A stretch of 64,000 bases of DNA from Laetmonice hystrix (Eukaryota): NCBI GenBank assembly GCA_965235115.1, contig OZ249436.1, positions 31,436,001-31,500,000 of the forward strand, written 5' to 3'. The notes beneath the pieces are model-generated. The model was not told the origin of the DNA. It saw only the letters and a program-made list of their open reading frames with translations, and did no database searches. Positions 37,544 through 50,420 of this stretch are shown piece after piece. The position numbers were made by a program, and so were the translations under genes. Each line of letters opens with the position of its first letter. Position 1 is the first letter of the stretch.

Positions 37544-38976
37544 TTAAGACGAAATATATCCTGTAAATGGCGCCAACAAGGGCTTAGATGCTGGAGAGGT
37601 ACAAACTACAGAGCAATATTCTATAAGCCACCGCTTTAGGTCAACATCTTTGAAGGTAATAATTGCGCCGTTGTGAAGGGATGTGTGTGCGCGTGAGATA
37701 AAGAACTGGTAGGGCAGGGAGTTTGAGGGAGTTTGAGGGGTCACATCCACATGTTTCTATTTGCTTGCGCGCTCGTGTTGACTTCTGCCTTGTTATTCTG
37801 GTCACACTAGAGTGGTGTGATAAGACCAGTGTTGTACAAAGTCTGTTTCGGTGGTTTTCGCCATGAAGATGGCTTTAGTTGCAGACATTGCGTAAATTTA
37901 GCACGACGCTCTCGACCTTGAGTTGGGTTGTCTTACCCCTTCTTCATTTAGATGACGTTAAATAATTTGACTAGCTCTGATGAAGCTTTTTCTATTCAGT
38001 GCGGCTCTCCCTTCTCGGCCTCGCCTCGCCCTCGTTGCAGTCGCTTCCATAATCTGAATGGTGAATGGTGTCGGTGGAACCCAAGGAATTATCGGCTACT
38101 TGTTAGTGGTCAATGGGCGAAGGTCTGAACGACTGGTCCATTAGATGGAAGTCGGAGCCAATGACGGCCTTGACGAATCCAATAAATTTAAAGTAGCTTG
38201 ATTAGCGGAGAACGATTAAAACAGAAGTTCTTATGGCCTCCGAATCCAGGTATAAGGGTTTTAATTTAGCATGTGACTGGGTATTATGTATAGGCTTCTG
38301 GATCGAAATAAAAAAAAGTTGAGAATCTTAAAGATATTATGTCTTCGTCTTTTCAATACATTTTCTATGTCGTTCGTCTCAATACGATTTCTTCAATTAT
38401 TAGCCCAAAAATAGCACAGTTCTTCAACCCGTAACGATGGATGTTTATGTACCGTAAAATATACTCTGGATTGACCAAAATTAAAACATCGTATTTTGGA
38501 TGTTTTGTTACCTACACACATTATATCTACTGGATTGGTCATCCGCAGGATAGAAAAAAATAACATTGCTTCCTTCCAGTTTTCTGAGCTATTGGGAACT
38601 TAGTGAAAATTGTTTTATAGCCCCCCACCCCTTGACGTTCAAAATTTCAGATTCAAATCAAGAGTACATGGATGATAACTGCTGGGGAAGCTTTTTAGCA
38701 ATTTAACAGTTAGGGTGTCCTACAGTTCGGCTCTCGGCAGCAATTGTTTCTGATGAAAGTTCCTACTCATTATAACTTAAGATGACCTACGAAAATAACT
38801 AATACTACTACATGCAATTATATTTATAAACATATTATCCAACGCTTTATAGAAAATGTCACTATTGATGCTGGTGCAATGTAATGTTCACAGCGTGGGT
38901 CGGGAGCAGTCAACCATTTGGTATCAGTCCACTCTTTGTGAGAAGCGAACGGCTTCGGAGTTGACATGCTGCTTAA

Positions 38977-39457
38977 AGGGGCATATTATGAGGAAACGTG
39001 AAAAATCAGTATTTCAAAGAACTTTTGCTGTTTTCATAAAGAGATCCTTCATTAAAATTGCTTGGTAAACAAAGACAGACTTATCATTTTCATTTTGCGT
39101 GAGAAATTGAAGTTTATGAAGCTCCCTTGCCCGCTTCTCTGCCGATTTCGTAAAATATTTTTGGGTGGCATTCTGATGCCGAACGATCGAGTGCAACTGC
39201 TGAATTGTTTACAACAAAGCGAAGCACGTGACTAAGCACATGCAGAGACTGCACACGCAGGATGTGACACGAATTATGCCGGGAGATGTGCTGTCGGGGA
39301 AATCTATGCGTTTGGTCGTATAGAACGTGCTGCATACGCAGCGGAAACACGTCGGAGGACAAAATGCTGTGGTAGAATTATTTACTTGGATCCCTAGTAC
39401 ACGGTCATGTTGGATAATTGCCAGAAATCCTAAAAACGTGTTCCATAGCATGCCCCT
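38977..39457. mobile_element. Kolobok-like MITE
   Basis: TTAA|AGGGGCATATTATG ... CATAGCATGCCCCT|TTAA. Confidence 0.8.
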
Positions 39458-39705
39458 TTAAGGTTTTATATTGTTAACTATACTAGAAATTATATGCGAT
39501 TAAATAAAGGTAATAAAGGTACACACACACATATATATATGGCTAAAGGGCCTGATCCACATTATCCTTTTATTTTACTGTGATTTTGAGATTAAAGGAT
39601 GGAACCCATTTCCTTAAACAGGGAAGGCCAGCCAGGAAAATTTCAGAGTGAAATTCCACTATTAAATCAAAAATCGCATGGCCGTCGCAAGGGAAATCGC
39701 CTTAA

Positions 39706-40314
39706 GGCCCCCGTCACACATTCACGATTTTTACTGCCGTCCTTGATAGGACCATTCACGATTAAAATATGTCAAAAGTCGGATCGAGATCCTCTGATTC
39801 GTGGCTTGAAATTTGTAAAAACATTAATTTAATCACGGCAACAATCAGATATTGTTCAGGAAGCGTCCCGATTCAACCGTTTCCAGCCGAATTCGTCCCG
39901 ATTATTCCGTTCTCAATCCGATTCTGCGATCCGATAGGGATCCGACAGTGACCAGACAGTGACGGTTCGCATTCGGCAAGATCTGGACGCAATCTGGACT
40001 CAATCGGCAAGAAATGGCAATGAAAAAATTCTCCAGATCATGCCCGTTCCACAGGACACCGTCCAGACACCGTCCAGACAACACAGGACATTGTTACGAT
40101 TTTGATCCGATGCAGCAGAATCTGTCACGACACAGTCACGATTGTAATCCGGTCCCGATCCGTAGGACTCCGTTACGAACGTATACGACTGCGTTCAGAC
40201 AATGATAGGACATTCCAGATCATTGAGGATAGTAATCCGACTTTTTCACTTTTCGTGTCGTAGCGCTGTCTGATCTCAAACGGGAGCCATAATCGGCACT
40301 GTGTGACCCCCGCA
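39706..40314. mobile_element. PIF/Harbinger-like MITE
   Basis: GGCCCCCGTCACACA ... TGTGTGACCCCCGCA with TWA flanks; interior rich in CCGAT/CACGAT. Confidence 0.7.
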
Positions 40315-40616
40315 TTAAGTAGGCCTATAGTAGATCAGGATCTGAACTTATAGCAGGCCTTGCGTGCCCGGATGTAATGTCCAGCACCCATTACTACCTG
40401 TTGCTCCATGCGCCGTGCTACGAAATAAAGTAGTCCTGGCAACGAAATTATAATTCAGGCTGTTAGTTACGAAGTGATTAGAGATAAATCAAAAGACTCA
40501 GGCTATAAGCCAGGCGTGCCACGTATGACGTAATCCCTATCTTTAACTAACCCTAAAATCCCTCAAAAAGTTTTGCAATATAACTATCACTAGGCCTATC
40601 CCTATCTCTAACTCTA

Positions 40617-42084
40617 CACTGTAAAAAAATTCTCTGTAATTTTACAGTTAATTTAACTGGCAGCTCAGCTGCCAGTTATATTAACAGTAATTTTACAGAT
40701 CTGTTAAACGACAGATAAATTGTAATGCATTTATACAGAATCCAGTTTTTAAACGCCACGTTTGTAAAATAACAAACGCAAATTATTCATTATAACTGAA
40801 ATACAGTAATGTAATTATACCGAATCCAGTTTATAAAGGCTACGTTTGTAAAATTACAAAATTACTATAAAGAATATTTACTGTATTTTTACGGTAAATA
40901 CTGTTAAAAAAATCGTCGATGATAAACGAGAAACAAAAATCTGGCTTTTTAGTTTAAATACATATAGGCCTACGTATGGCCTGATTGATAATTTCATTCA
41001 AGGTCCATTCAAGGGAAACTCAAACGTCTGCAACCTAAGAGGCTACTCCGCATTATAATATAGTCTGCTTTTACAAAGGAGTTAATATTATGTTCTCTAG
41101 CGTCCAAAGATGGTGTTTTATGAGAAATATTAACAAATCCCACTTCATAATTAGGCCCCTGTTTGACATTCCACTCTACTTACCATCACAAAGAGTGTAT
41201 TCATATTATTGTTGATTTATGACCACGGTTGCATTAACCGACTATCACAGGTATAGGACACTTCGGGGTATAGACAATAAAAGGGGCAGGTGATAGTCAT
41301 CACGTGACCACTGTGCTGGTTATCCAGTAACGTCTTACGTCCTGTAAATTTACAGTTCGTTTATTGTACAGATCGAATACAGCAACAGTAGCTGTCAAAC
41401 TACAGTAACATTGGCAGTAATTTCCAATAACAGGAGCATGCGCTGTTCCTTTTACAGTTTTATATCTTGCAAATTTCCATTTTCTTAACAGTGCACACGG
41501 GTATTTTATGTATTTAAGTTAAACAAAGGGCCAATTTTTTATGTGTTTACGTTGCAATTAGGCCATTTTTTTCATTATTTTGTATATTTAGTGACATTCT
41601 ACATTATTTTACAAACTTTTTCTGTAAAAACTGGGAAGTAGGCCTAATGCCAGTTTTTTTTTGTAAATTCCTATCATCAGAAATGTATAATAAAATAATT
41701 CTTTTTATAAATTTACCATAATAAAATGTGTAAATAGAGGGCTTACATTACACAGCTATTATTATGTGTTATTTTAACAAAGTTCCTCTGTGAAAATTTG
41801 GTAATAACAGTATTCTGTAATTTTTATTAACCATTTTCTCAGTTTTTTTCACGGTTTTAAGTAATATTACGGAATTTACTACATTTTACCATTGTGTCAT
41901 AAAGAAATATGGAAAAAACGTAAATTTAACACAAACACTTGTAATTTTATAGTAACTATATTGGTAAATGATTTTTACTGGAAAAAGTACTGTATTACTT
42001 AACAGATAATTCTACTGTAAAAGAAGTTTACACCAAATTCAATAGTAAATTTTGTCTGTTATTTTACGAATATTTTTTACAGTG
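40617..42084. mobile_element. CACTG (EnSpm/CMC-like) non-autonomous element
   Basis: TA|CACTGTAAAAAA ... TTTTTTACAGTG|TA; many TTTACAG/CTGTAAA subterminal motifs; an extra internal end near 41493. Confidence 0.75.
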
Positions 42085-42942
42085 TAGCCCTTTTTTGATA
42101 AATTTGAGGGGGGGGGGGACGAACAAAAAACATCTTATGTCGAGTCTCGAACCCATAACCTTCCCATTATGGGTGGGACACCTTATCCCGCACTACACTA
42201 CGAATCGCCACGCACAGTGATTCTGCCGCCTGAAGATCCACAAAAGGTACGGGGACGCGAATGTCGTTCGCTTTTTCTGAGTAGTATCACTCCCCAGACC
42301 AGTTCCCATGGGGAATTCTGCAAGTTTGCATGTTGTTTGCCGTTATAACCAGGTCTCACACACGCCTAACATATTAAGTAATCCTAGCTACTCCAAGGTT
42401 TGAACCTGCATCTCTACCACCAACACCAATACCACCAGCACGACACGTCTTCGTACATCCAGGAAAGCTAATTGGAGTCAGCCGAAGCCAACCCAGCGCT
42501 GACACCCCAGGTGTCGAGTGAGCGACAAGGCCATCGCCCACGTTGCCAAGCGACACTGTTGACACGCACGTCCATGACGTGACAGGAAGACAGTGGCCAA
42601 CGTCCAGGCACAAGCACCACTCTCTCGTTTCTGGGATGTTCGGCTGAGACCTGACGCCCCACAAAACACCTACAGAATATGGTAGCGCGTCCTTCCCCAT
42701 CATCTAGTAGAGACTAAGGTCATGAGCCTAGATAGAGGGAGTCAACGTATGGACGAAAAATCACCAAGGTCTAGCCTAGGGCCGATCTGTTGATATAATC
42801 ATGGTATGACGGAAAATCATGGAGAATGTCTATAAAAGTCTTGGTCGCATGCAGAGGCATTATACTAGGCCTACTGTTGACTGAGGTATCACTAAAGTTC
42901 GGGAAACAAGTAGGCCTATGCCCCGCTGCCCCGCAACATTTA

Positions 42943-43173
42943 AGGCCTAGACACACATGGGCGTCAAGCGGCAAGCGTCGAGCGGCAAGCGTCATTTTGA
43001 AAATGACGCTCTGAATGCTCAGCATGGTTTTCTATTACACCGTTCACATATGGGCGGCGCATAATTCAAAAAACAACGCTTCCATATAGGCTACTGAGCA
43101 TTCAGAGCGTCATTTTCAAAATGACGCTTGCCGTTCGACGCTTGCCGCTTGACGCCCATGTGTGTCTAGGCCT
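42943..43173. mobile_element. PIF/Harbinger-like foldback MITE
   Basis: TTA|AGGCCTAGACACACATGGGCGTCAAGCGGCAAGCG ... near-perfect ~80-bp TIR|TTA. Confidence 0.88.
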
Positions 43174-45751
43174 TTAACAGTATAACTCATAGCCTATGGA
43201 TTCTAGCTAATGTGACAGAATGTTGTTGGCAATAACGGTAGGCCTACATTCATTTATTGGACAATCAAATAGGCTAAGTATTAATTATCGTAAAATACAG
43301 AACTCGAGATGCCATCTAGACCGTTACGTTCAGTGTGTGAGAGGTAAGGTTAAAAATCCATCGGTCTATTATCATAACATACTACTTCATAGGCCTAGAC
43401 CTATAGGCGGTCCCAGTGGATACATCCCGTCATTTTCCTATTTTGAAGCCCTCGATAAGAAAATGAAAAAAAAACGTCCCTTTAGTGTGGAAATATGACA
43501 TTTGCTAGTGAGGCAGGGGAATATGGGAGTGAGACCACCAGGCTTGTCCATGCTAACAACCGTCTGCCAGATTGAATTACCCTACACAACCGCAGCAGTC
43601 CCACCAGGTCTAGCGGCTGACCCCTCGGTCAGTCGAGTCGGATGCCCTAGGAGCTATAGTTAGGCCCCTATACTGTCCGAATTGCCCATTTTCGTTATTC
43701 AATCGAATTCACGGGAATACAATTAGAAATGGCCTTAATTATTGTCGAGACAAACACGAAGCGATATCACCCGTCTGATCATCCCTTCAGGACCTTCCCT
43801 GTTTTCAGCTTACAAAACTGATATTGTGCACGAAGACTAATCTAGTGAGTTGTATAGTCCCTGGGGACAAGTGCACCGGGAAAGTTAACCGTTCACCCCT
43901 GTCAGCACCAATAACTTAGAGATGTCACTGGAGGGCTGACCGGGAATGATTCCTATCTAATACAAATGGAAATACAAATACAATATACTGCCTTTATACA
44001 TAAATCATGGTGATATTCTGTACCGCCGAGAAAGTATTATTTTTATGCAGAACTTTCCAATGGTTCCTCCTGCCTATACCTTATAATTACATATTACCAC
44101 AAGGCTGCGTTCGCGTGTACTCCACGACGGGGTAGAAAGTTATATCTCAGTGGGATAACCATGATCGGCCGGTTGTCCTTTCTGGTGCTACTGAAAGAGA
44201 AGTTCACAAGGACAACATGGCCGCTTTGAATGACCTAGATGTGACCGTTCATCAGTCTTAGAACATTCGGTGCATACTCTGGACCCTACTTCATATATCC
44301 CGTTCCAACAGTATTAATCTATACCATTACCACGATTCAACACCTTCCCTTCTCGATGACTGCCTCATCCCCGTTTCAGTTATCACAAAACACTTTGCTT
44401 TATAATTTCTATGGTTTATGGTTGCTGTATGGTTTATTTCGAATCATGCTTGTACATTATGTGTGAGAAATACAGATAGACATGACGAAAATCTCAAAAA
44501 ATGAACTTATATACATCCTGAGTACTTCATGGCCATATTATATTACACAAGGCCAGTGACCGGTATGTTAATTAATAATTTCCTATTGTTAATAGAAATG
44601 AAAGATGACATGCGAGAGTCAGATAATCTTATTATAAAGCTCGATACAACATTAGATCGTGTTACAGGTCGCCATAATTTCCGCGATAATATCACGATCA
44701 AGGAATGCGTTTCGGAGTAGGATCAGCAAAGATTAAGAGAGTATTGTTACTTTATGTGAAAAGCACCTTTTTGTGAAAGTATACTATAGATGGAGCTGTC
44801 GGCTGTTCTAACATCCGTGAGCAATATTGCTTATACCTGCAAGCATGGTAAGTCTACATGGGCCCAGTGGTACCAGGATTAGGCCTATATATGCACTCCA
44901 TTCTAATAATTGCCACCTTTTATGTATAGGTCCTGCATATAATCTCAACGCGGAGAAAAAATTCAAACCTTGACATTTGTTTGACAATTGCTCCTTTATA
45001 CCACTGTCCAGATGCCGGTCTTATCAGGAGAACCTGCGTGACGACTACCTGGATTCATCAAGCCTGAAGCTTAGATCTAAATATACACATGCCACGAGGG
45101 CGAAAGGGACATTTCGTTTCTCCAGGGTAATTATCGAAAATGCGCCCTTTAAACGAACAAGCGCCCTTTAATTTGATGAAAATGTGCCCTCAAAGGTAGT
45201 TGCTCCCCAACACCCCGGTCTGATCCTCCCAGCAATTTTAGGCCACAATATGCCCCTCTATAATGTTGAAATCCTGAGCTTATTAAGCCGGGAAATCATG
45301 TTTTGGCATGGACATTATGTTTGGTACGGCTTGGAAATGAGAAATAGTCGAGAAAATAAGTATTATAAGGCAATATGAGCGCTGGCTTGCAGTCCACACG
45401 ACACTGGCGCTTCCCATATTAATGGTCAAATCGATACAGGATCCGCATCCCAGCCCTCCCCCCATACACCTCAGGCAGAGTCAGCAATTTTTATCCCCGT
45501 GAAATTATAGAGACAATTGTCGACACTCTTTCTTAAAATGTATTACCTTGTGCAGCAAAAGGATTACGTGAATTATACAGAAGTCTAGGCCTACACTGTA
45601 AACCCTGCTGACCATCATGCCCCAATTGAATTAAGTTACCGTGGCGCAAAGAGCCGTGGTAGCGTAAAAAAATTAAGCCAGCATTACTTGATGGCAGATT
45701 TGAGTCTGCACAGCTCACTTTGATTAAGTTTCCCCGGAATGAGTCAACTAA

Positions 45752-47098
45752 TTTATTTAAGTTACCTCGGTCCAATAGAATATTGAGTCAGCCTAGCTCA
45801 AATATCCTACCTGGTGCACGTTGTTATAACTCAACAGAAACGCTGCATAGTGACTTGATCCTGTTCAGTTAACTAGACTTAAATCATTTACGCTATAGTA
45901 ACATCCTTATTTAAGTTACCTTGGTTCAGCTGAATATTGAGTCAGCCTAGCTCAAATGGTCTGTCTGGTGCAAGTTGTTATAAGTCAACAGAAATGCTGC
46001 ATGTTGACTTGATCCTATACAGTTAGCTGGGCTTAAATTATTTACGCTATAGTAACATCTTTATTTAAGTTACCTCGGTCCAATAGAATATTGAGTCAGC
46101 CTAGCTCAAATGTGCTGCCCGGAGCAAGCTGTCATAACTCAACAGAAACGCTGCATGATGACTTGATCATATTCAGTTATCTGCTCTTAAATTATTTGCG
46201 CTATTATTAACTTCTTTATTTAAGTTACCTCGCTCCAATGGAATATTGAGTCAGCCTAGCCCAAATAATAATGCCTGGTGCAAGTTGTGGGACCTCAGCA
46301 GAAACGCTGCATAGTGACTTGATCCTGTTCAGTTAACTGGACTTAAATCATTTACGCTATAGTAACTTCTTTATTTAAGTTACCTCGGTCCAGTTGAATA
46401 TTGAGCCAGCCTAGCAGAAATATTTTGTTCAGGAGAAGGTGTTATAACGCAGCAGGAACGCTGCCTGGTGACTTGATTTTATCCAGATAACTGGACTAAA
46501 ATTATTTGCGCTATATTAACTTCTTTATTTAAGTTACCTCGGTCCAATAGAATATTGAGTCAGCCTAGCTCAAATGTCCTGCCTGATGCAAGTTGTCATA
46601 ACTCAACAGAAACGCTGCATGATGACTTGATCTTGTTCAGTTATCTGGGCTTATATTATTTGCGCTATATTAACTTCTTTATTTAGGTTACCTCGCTCCA
46701 ATGGAATATTGAGTCAGCCTAGCGCAAATATAATGCCTGGTGTAAGTTGTGGGACCTCAACAGAAACGCTGCATGGTGACTTGATCCTGTTCAGTTATCT
46801 GGACTCAAATCATTTGCGCTCCAGTATCTTACTTATTTAAGTTACCTCGGTCCAGTGGAATATTGAGTCAGCCTTGCTCAAAATTAATATTCTGTCTGCT
46901 GCAAGTTGCTATAACACAACAGAAACGCTGCATGGTGACTTGATCATATTCAGTTAGCTAGGCTTTTAAAATAATTTGCTCTATAGTACCTTCTTCATTG
47001 AAATTACCTCGCTACATGGTTACTTCATCCTCTCCAGCTAACTGAACTTAAATTATTTGCACTATGGTAATTTTTTTCAAGTTAGCTCGGTCCAGTGG
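45752..47098 (+). repeat. ~154-bp subterminal tandem array (~8-9 diverged copies)
   Basis: TTATTTAAGTTACCTCGGTCCAATAGAATATTGAGTCAGCCTAGC recurs at ~45753, 45908, 46062, 46216, 46371, 46525, 46679 and 46833. Confidence 0.9.
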
Positions 47099-49185
47099 AC
47101 CCCCCACCAACACCAACACGCCCCCACCCCACCCCAGCATGGCTGGCCGGTCAGGTCGTGTCTCACCTTGCCCCCGATTTCCATTACACGGATAGTCATC
47201 AAACCCCTAAACAAGCCTGGCAGCATAGTGATGTCGGAAGCAAAAAAAAGTGGGTTTACACCGCACATACACCATACAACCCACCAGTCAATACACCAGA
47301 CACTGGTGTATTTACTGGTGGGGGTGGGATGGGTGTTGTTAGACTAGAACATGCGCACTGTATCATAGTGGATGCCATTCTGCGCGCAGATTGCAGGCCA
47401 CGTGGTACCGTATATCCGGAATGGATCTCCGGAATAAGACAGGGGCTGCTTCCTTTATAAGCGGGGCGCTCAAAAAACTATGTCCTTCCACCGCTCCGCG
47501 ATCAGCAGCAATCACTCTATCAACGCAAATTTCACTCCAACTCGCAAGCAACAGCTCAGCTATCCAGGCTACCGGCAGAAATCGACCAGCTCTGGAAGTG
47601 TCTCTCCAACTCGCAACAACTCAGGCTTACTCAACCATCCAATATACCATAGGAAGTCTACCAGCGCTTCAAGTTAGTCTCCACTCAAACTGGGTAAGTG
47701 TTTTTTTTAATTTGGCACTGAAAGCATGGCATCGTCGCAGATATGTTTCACTATAATTATGTATGTGTTGAACAAATGGTGGGTGCGTAGGAAATCAACC
47801 TTTTCCGCGGGCTAGTACGAAATGAGAACATCTATAGAACCTAACTTGTCACTCCAGATGGGGAAGTGGTCATACACATCGCATATACACAGGGCATATC
47901 CCAATGCTGGGGCTTGGGGGCTTAAAAATGTACAAATGTGATAAAAATTAAAAATGGCATAAACACCCTATATCCCCTGCTTACCCTATAAACAGGAACT
48001 GAGATACTTATAGTGTAGGGCAGGATATGTACACTGTCACTGCCGACATACCATTATATGTTGAAATAGTTTATTGAATAAGATATGCAACAGAAGAAAT
48101 GTCTTTGCCAAGCTATGGGGTTAAGCTGGATCCCTGAACTGCTCATAATGGACTTCCCTTGAAGTCACTTTTCTGTTCCTACCAGTGGCACCCATTGGGG
48201 CACAAGCACTATTTTAAAACCAATTCTGTGTCCGTTGTATGTGAAATAGGTGTTTGCCAATTAGCATCACAGTTATGGTCCTGATTACATCTCCAGTCAG
48301 CCTACCAGGGTCAGGCCACATGGCTTTAGAGGTTGAAAGAGATCATATCACAAAGTCAGTTGCTGTGTGGTTCTCAATTTACACATCAAAGGACAGTCGA
48401 CTGCCTGCCTCCAGAGAACAGAATCTTTGTCTTGTTTCTCTTATATAATTTATGCGAACACATGATTTCTGATGTAACTGTCAGAAGCAGCATGAAAACA
48501 GTCTGTTCACCAAATAACATTTAAGTTGAAGTTTGCTGAAAGAACCTAAACTGTAACATATTATTTTGTCATGATGAGTGTGATAAAGACCAAAAAGTAC
48601 ACGATTTAGTAAAGTGTATTAGTTATGAGTTAATTAGTTAAATGGATTAGTTAAAGGAATGTGTAAACGTCAACGTGAAGCGAAGTTGTCAGGTATGCCC
48701 GACAGTAGGAATATCATTTTTCCTATGCCCAATTATGAAATATTGATGCGTATGTGGTGTGTCGGGGGTGTACGTGTATGGTGCGTACAGTGTGTGTGGT
48801 ATGTATGTCGGTGGGGGGGGGGTGTATGGGGTGTGTGTATTGGTGTTGGTTATGTGTGTGAGAATGATGATCATGATGCTGCTGCTGATGACAATATTTT
48901 AAATATTATATACAATGTACATTGTATTTACAGGTGACTCAACGTGAGTGGAATTCAGCACCTCTCCATTCATCAATTTCCTGTAAGTATATCAGCCTCA
49001 AGACCCATGCATTTTAAATGTAGATATTGCACACATGATACAAGAAGAATGTTATTTTTTTGGCGGCATTATGTATCTGAACATAATCTTGTTGCATCAA
49101 AAATACCATGTTTCTATAACGGTTGTCCCATGAAAGAAATTCTAATTAGATATTTATCTTTTCAGATCACTGATCAGATACGGCA

Positions 49186-49438
49186 ATGAAACTGCGCGTT
49201 GTCTTTGGCCAGGAAGACAGCAGAATCTGGACGGTTCAGGACATATCTGGCAGAGGCTTTGAGAGGGCAGTTCTCCACCCAGGGCAGTTTCAGACTGCAA
49301 CACCTGGACAAAGATTTCAACGAGTTCGTCAACCTGCAGGATATTGGAGATGTTACTCATATTTCGACACTAAATGTTATCCTGGATGCGACACTTGGTG
49401 GGACTGGAACTGCCGAGGTCACTGTTTGTCAGCAGTAA
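49186..49438 (+). pseudogene. Frameshifted relic of the accessory ('SAMD3-like', PB1-like N-terminus) ORF of animal EnSpm/CMC transposons
   Basis: MKLRVVFGQEDSRI (frame of 49186) continues after a frameshift as ...EALRGQFSTQGSFRLQHLDKDFNEFVNLQDIGDVTHISTLNVI (frame of 49199). FRLQxxDxDF-xEFxNL is recognised from memory as typical of these elements. Confidence 0.65.
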
Positions 49439-49781
49439 TAGTAATAAGAGTGAAAGCGTAATTTAACTACTGGTATTGTTTTCTTGGTTGTTGTCCTTTT
49501 AACCATATGTTCGTCTAGCTCTGTACTGAGAATGGCGAGTGCTAAATTTTGTGAGTGTTGTTTTCCTATCTGTGTTGTGTAAGATTTATCTTGGTGGTTG
49601 TTAGAATAAGTTAGGTCTATTTTTCAAATTCATTGTTTTACGACACCTCACTACAAAAACAGTTTACTTTGTATTAGGGCTGTAATAAATTATATTCTTT
49701 ATAATCATAACTACAGTGATTGTTGCTGATTGATCCCGACCGTTCCCCTGATCCCTCCCACTTTTACTTCTTTAATCCGAT

Positions 49782-50420
49782 AGATTTAAGCTACCTTGGC
49801 TAGAGTAAAATCAACTGAACCCACTCAATGAATTTAGGCCCATATAACTCAACAAAATCACGCCATCTTGACTTGCCTGAAACCGTCCACATAAACTTGA
49901 TCTACTTAAGCTCCTTCGGTCAAATGGATTTAAGCTATCTTAACTAAAGTTAAATAAACCTAACTAACCCGATGGAGTTGGGCTCATATAACCCTACAAA
50001 ATTACGCGATCTTGACTTGCATGAAACTGTCCACATAAACATGATCTCCTTGAGTTCCTTCGATCTAATGCATTTAAGTTACCTTGGCTCGAGTAAAATA
50101 AACCGAACAAACTCAATGAATTTGGGCTTGTCCAACTCAACAAAATTACGCCAACTTGACCTGCCTAAAACTATCCAGATAAACCTGATCGACTTGAGTT
50201 GCTACGATCCAATGGATTTAAGTTATCCTGGCACGAGTAAAATAAACCGAACAAACTCAATGAATTTGGGCTTGTCTAACTCAACAAAATTATGCCAGCT
50301 TGACTTGCCTACAACTGTCCAGATTAACTTGATTTATTTAAGTTCTTTCGATCCAATGGATTTAAGTTACCGTGGCTAGATTAGTAGCTGTTAAACAAGC
50401 TCAATGAACTTGAGCTCATG
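49782..50420 (+). repeat. ~144-bp subterminal tandem array (~4.5 copies)
   Basis: GATTTAAG(C/T)TACC recurs at ~49783, 49927, 50071, 50215 and 50359; this explains ORF 49972..50379. Confidence 0.85.

Noticed and set aside
49972..50379. 135-aa leucine-rich-repeat-like ORF
   Set aside because: Translation of the 144-bp subterminal array of the CACTG element.
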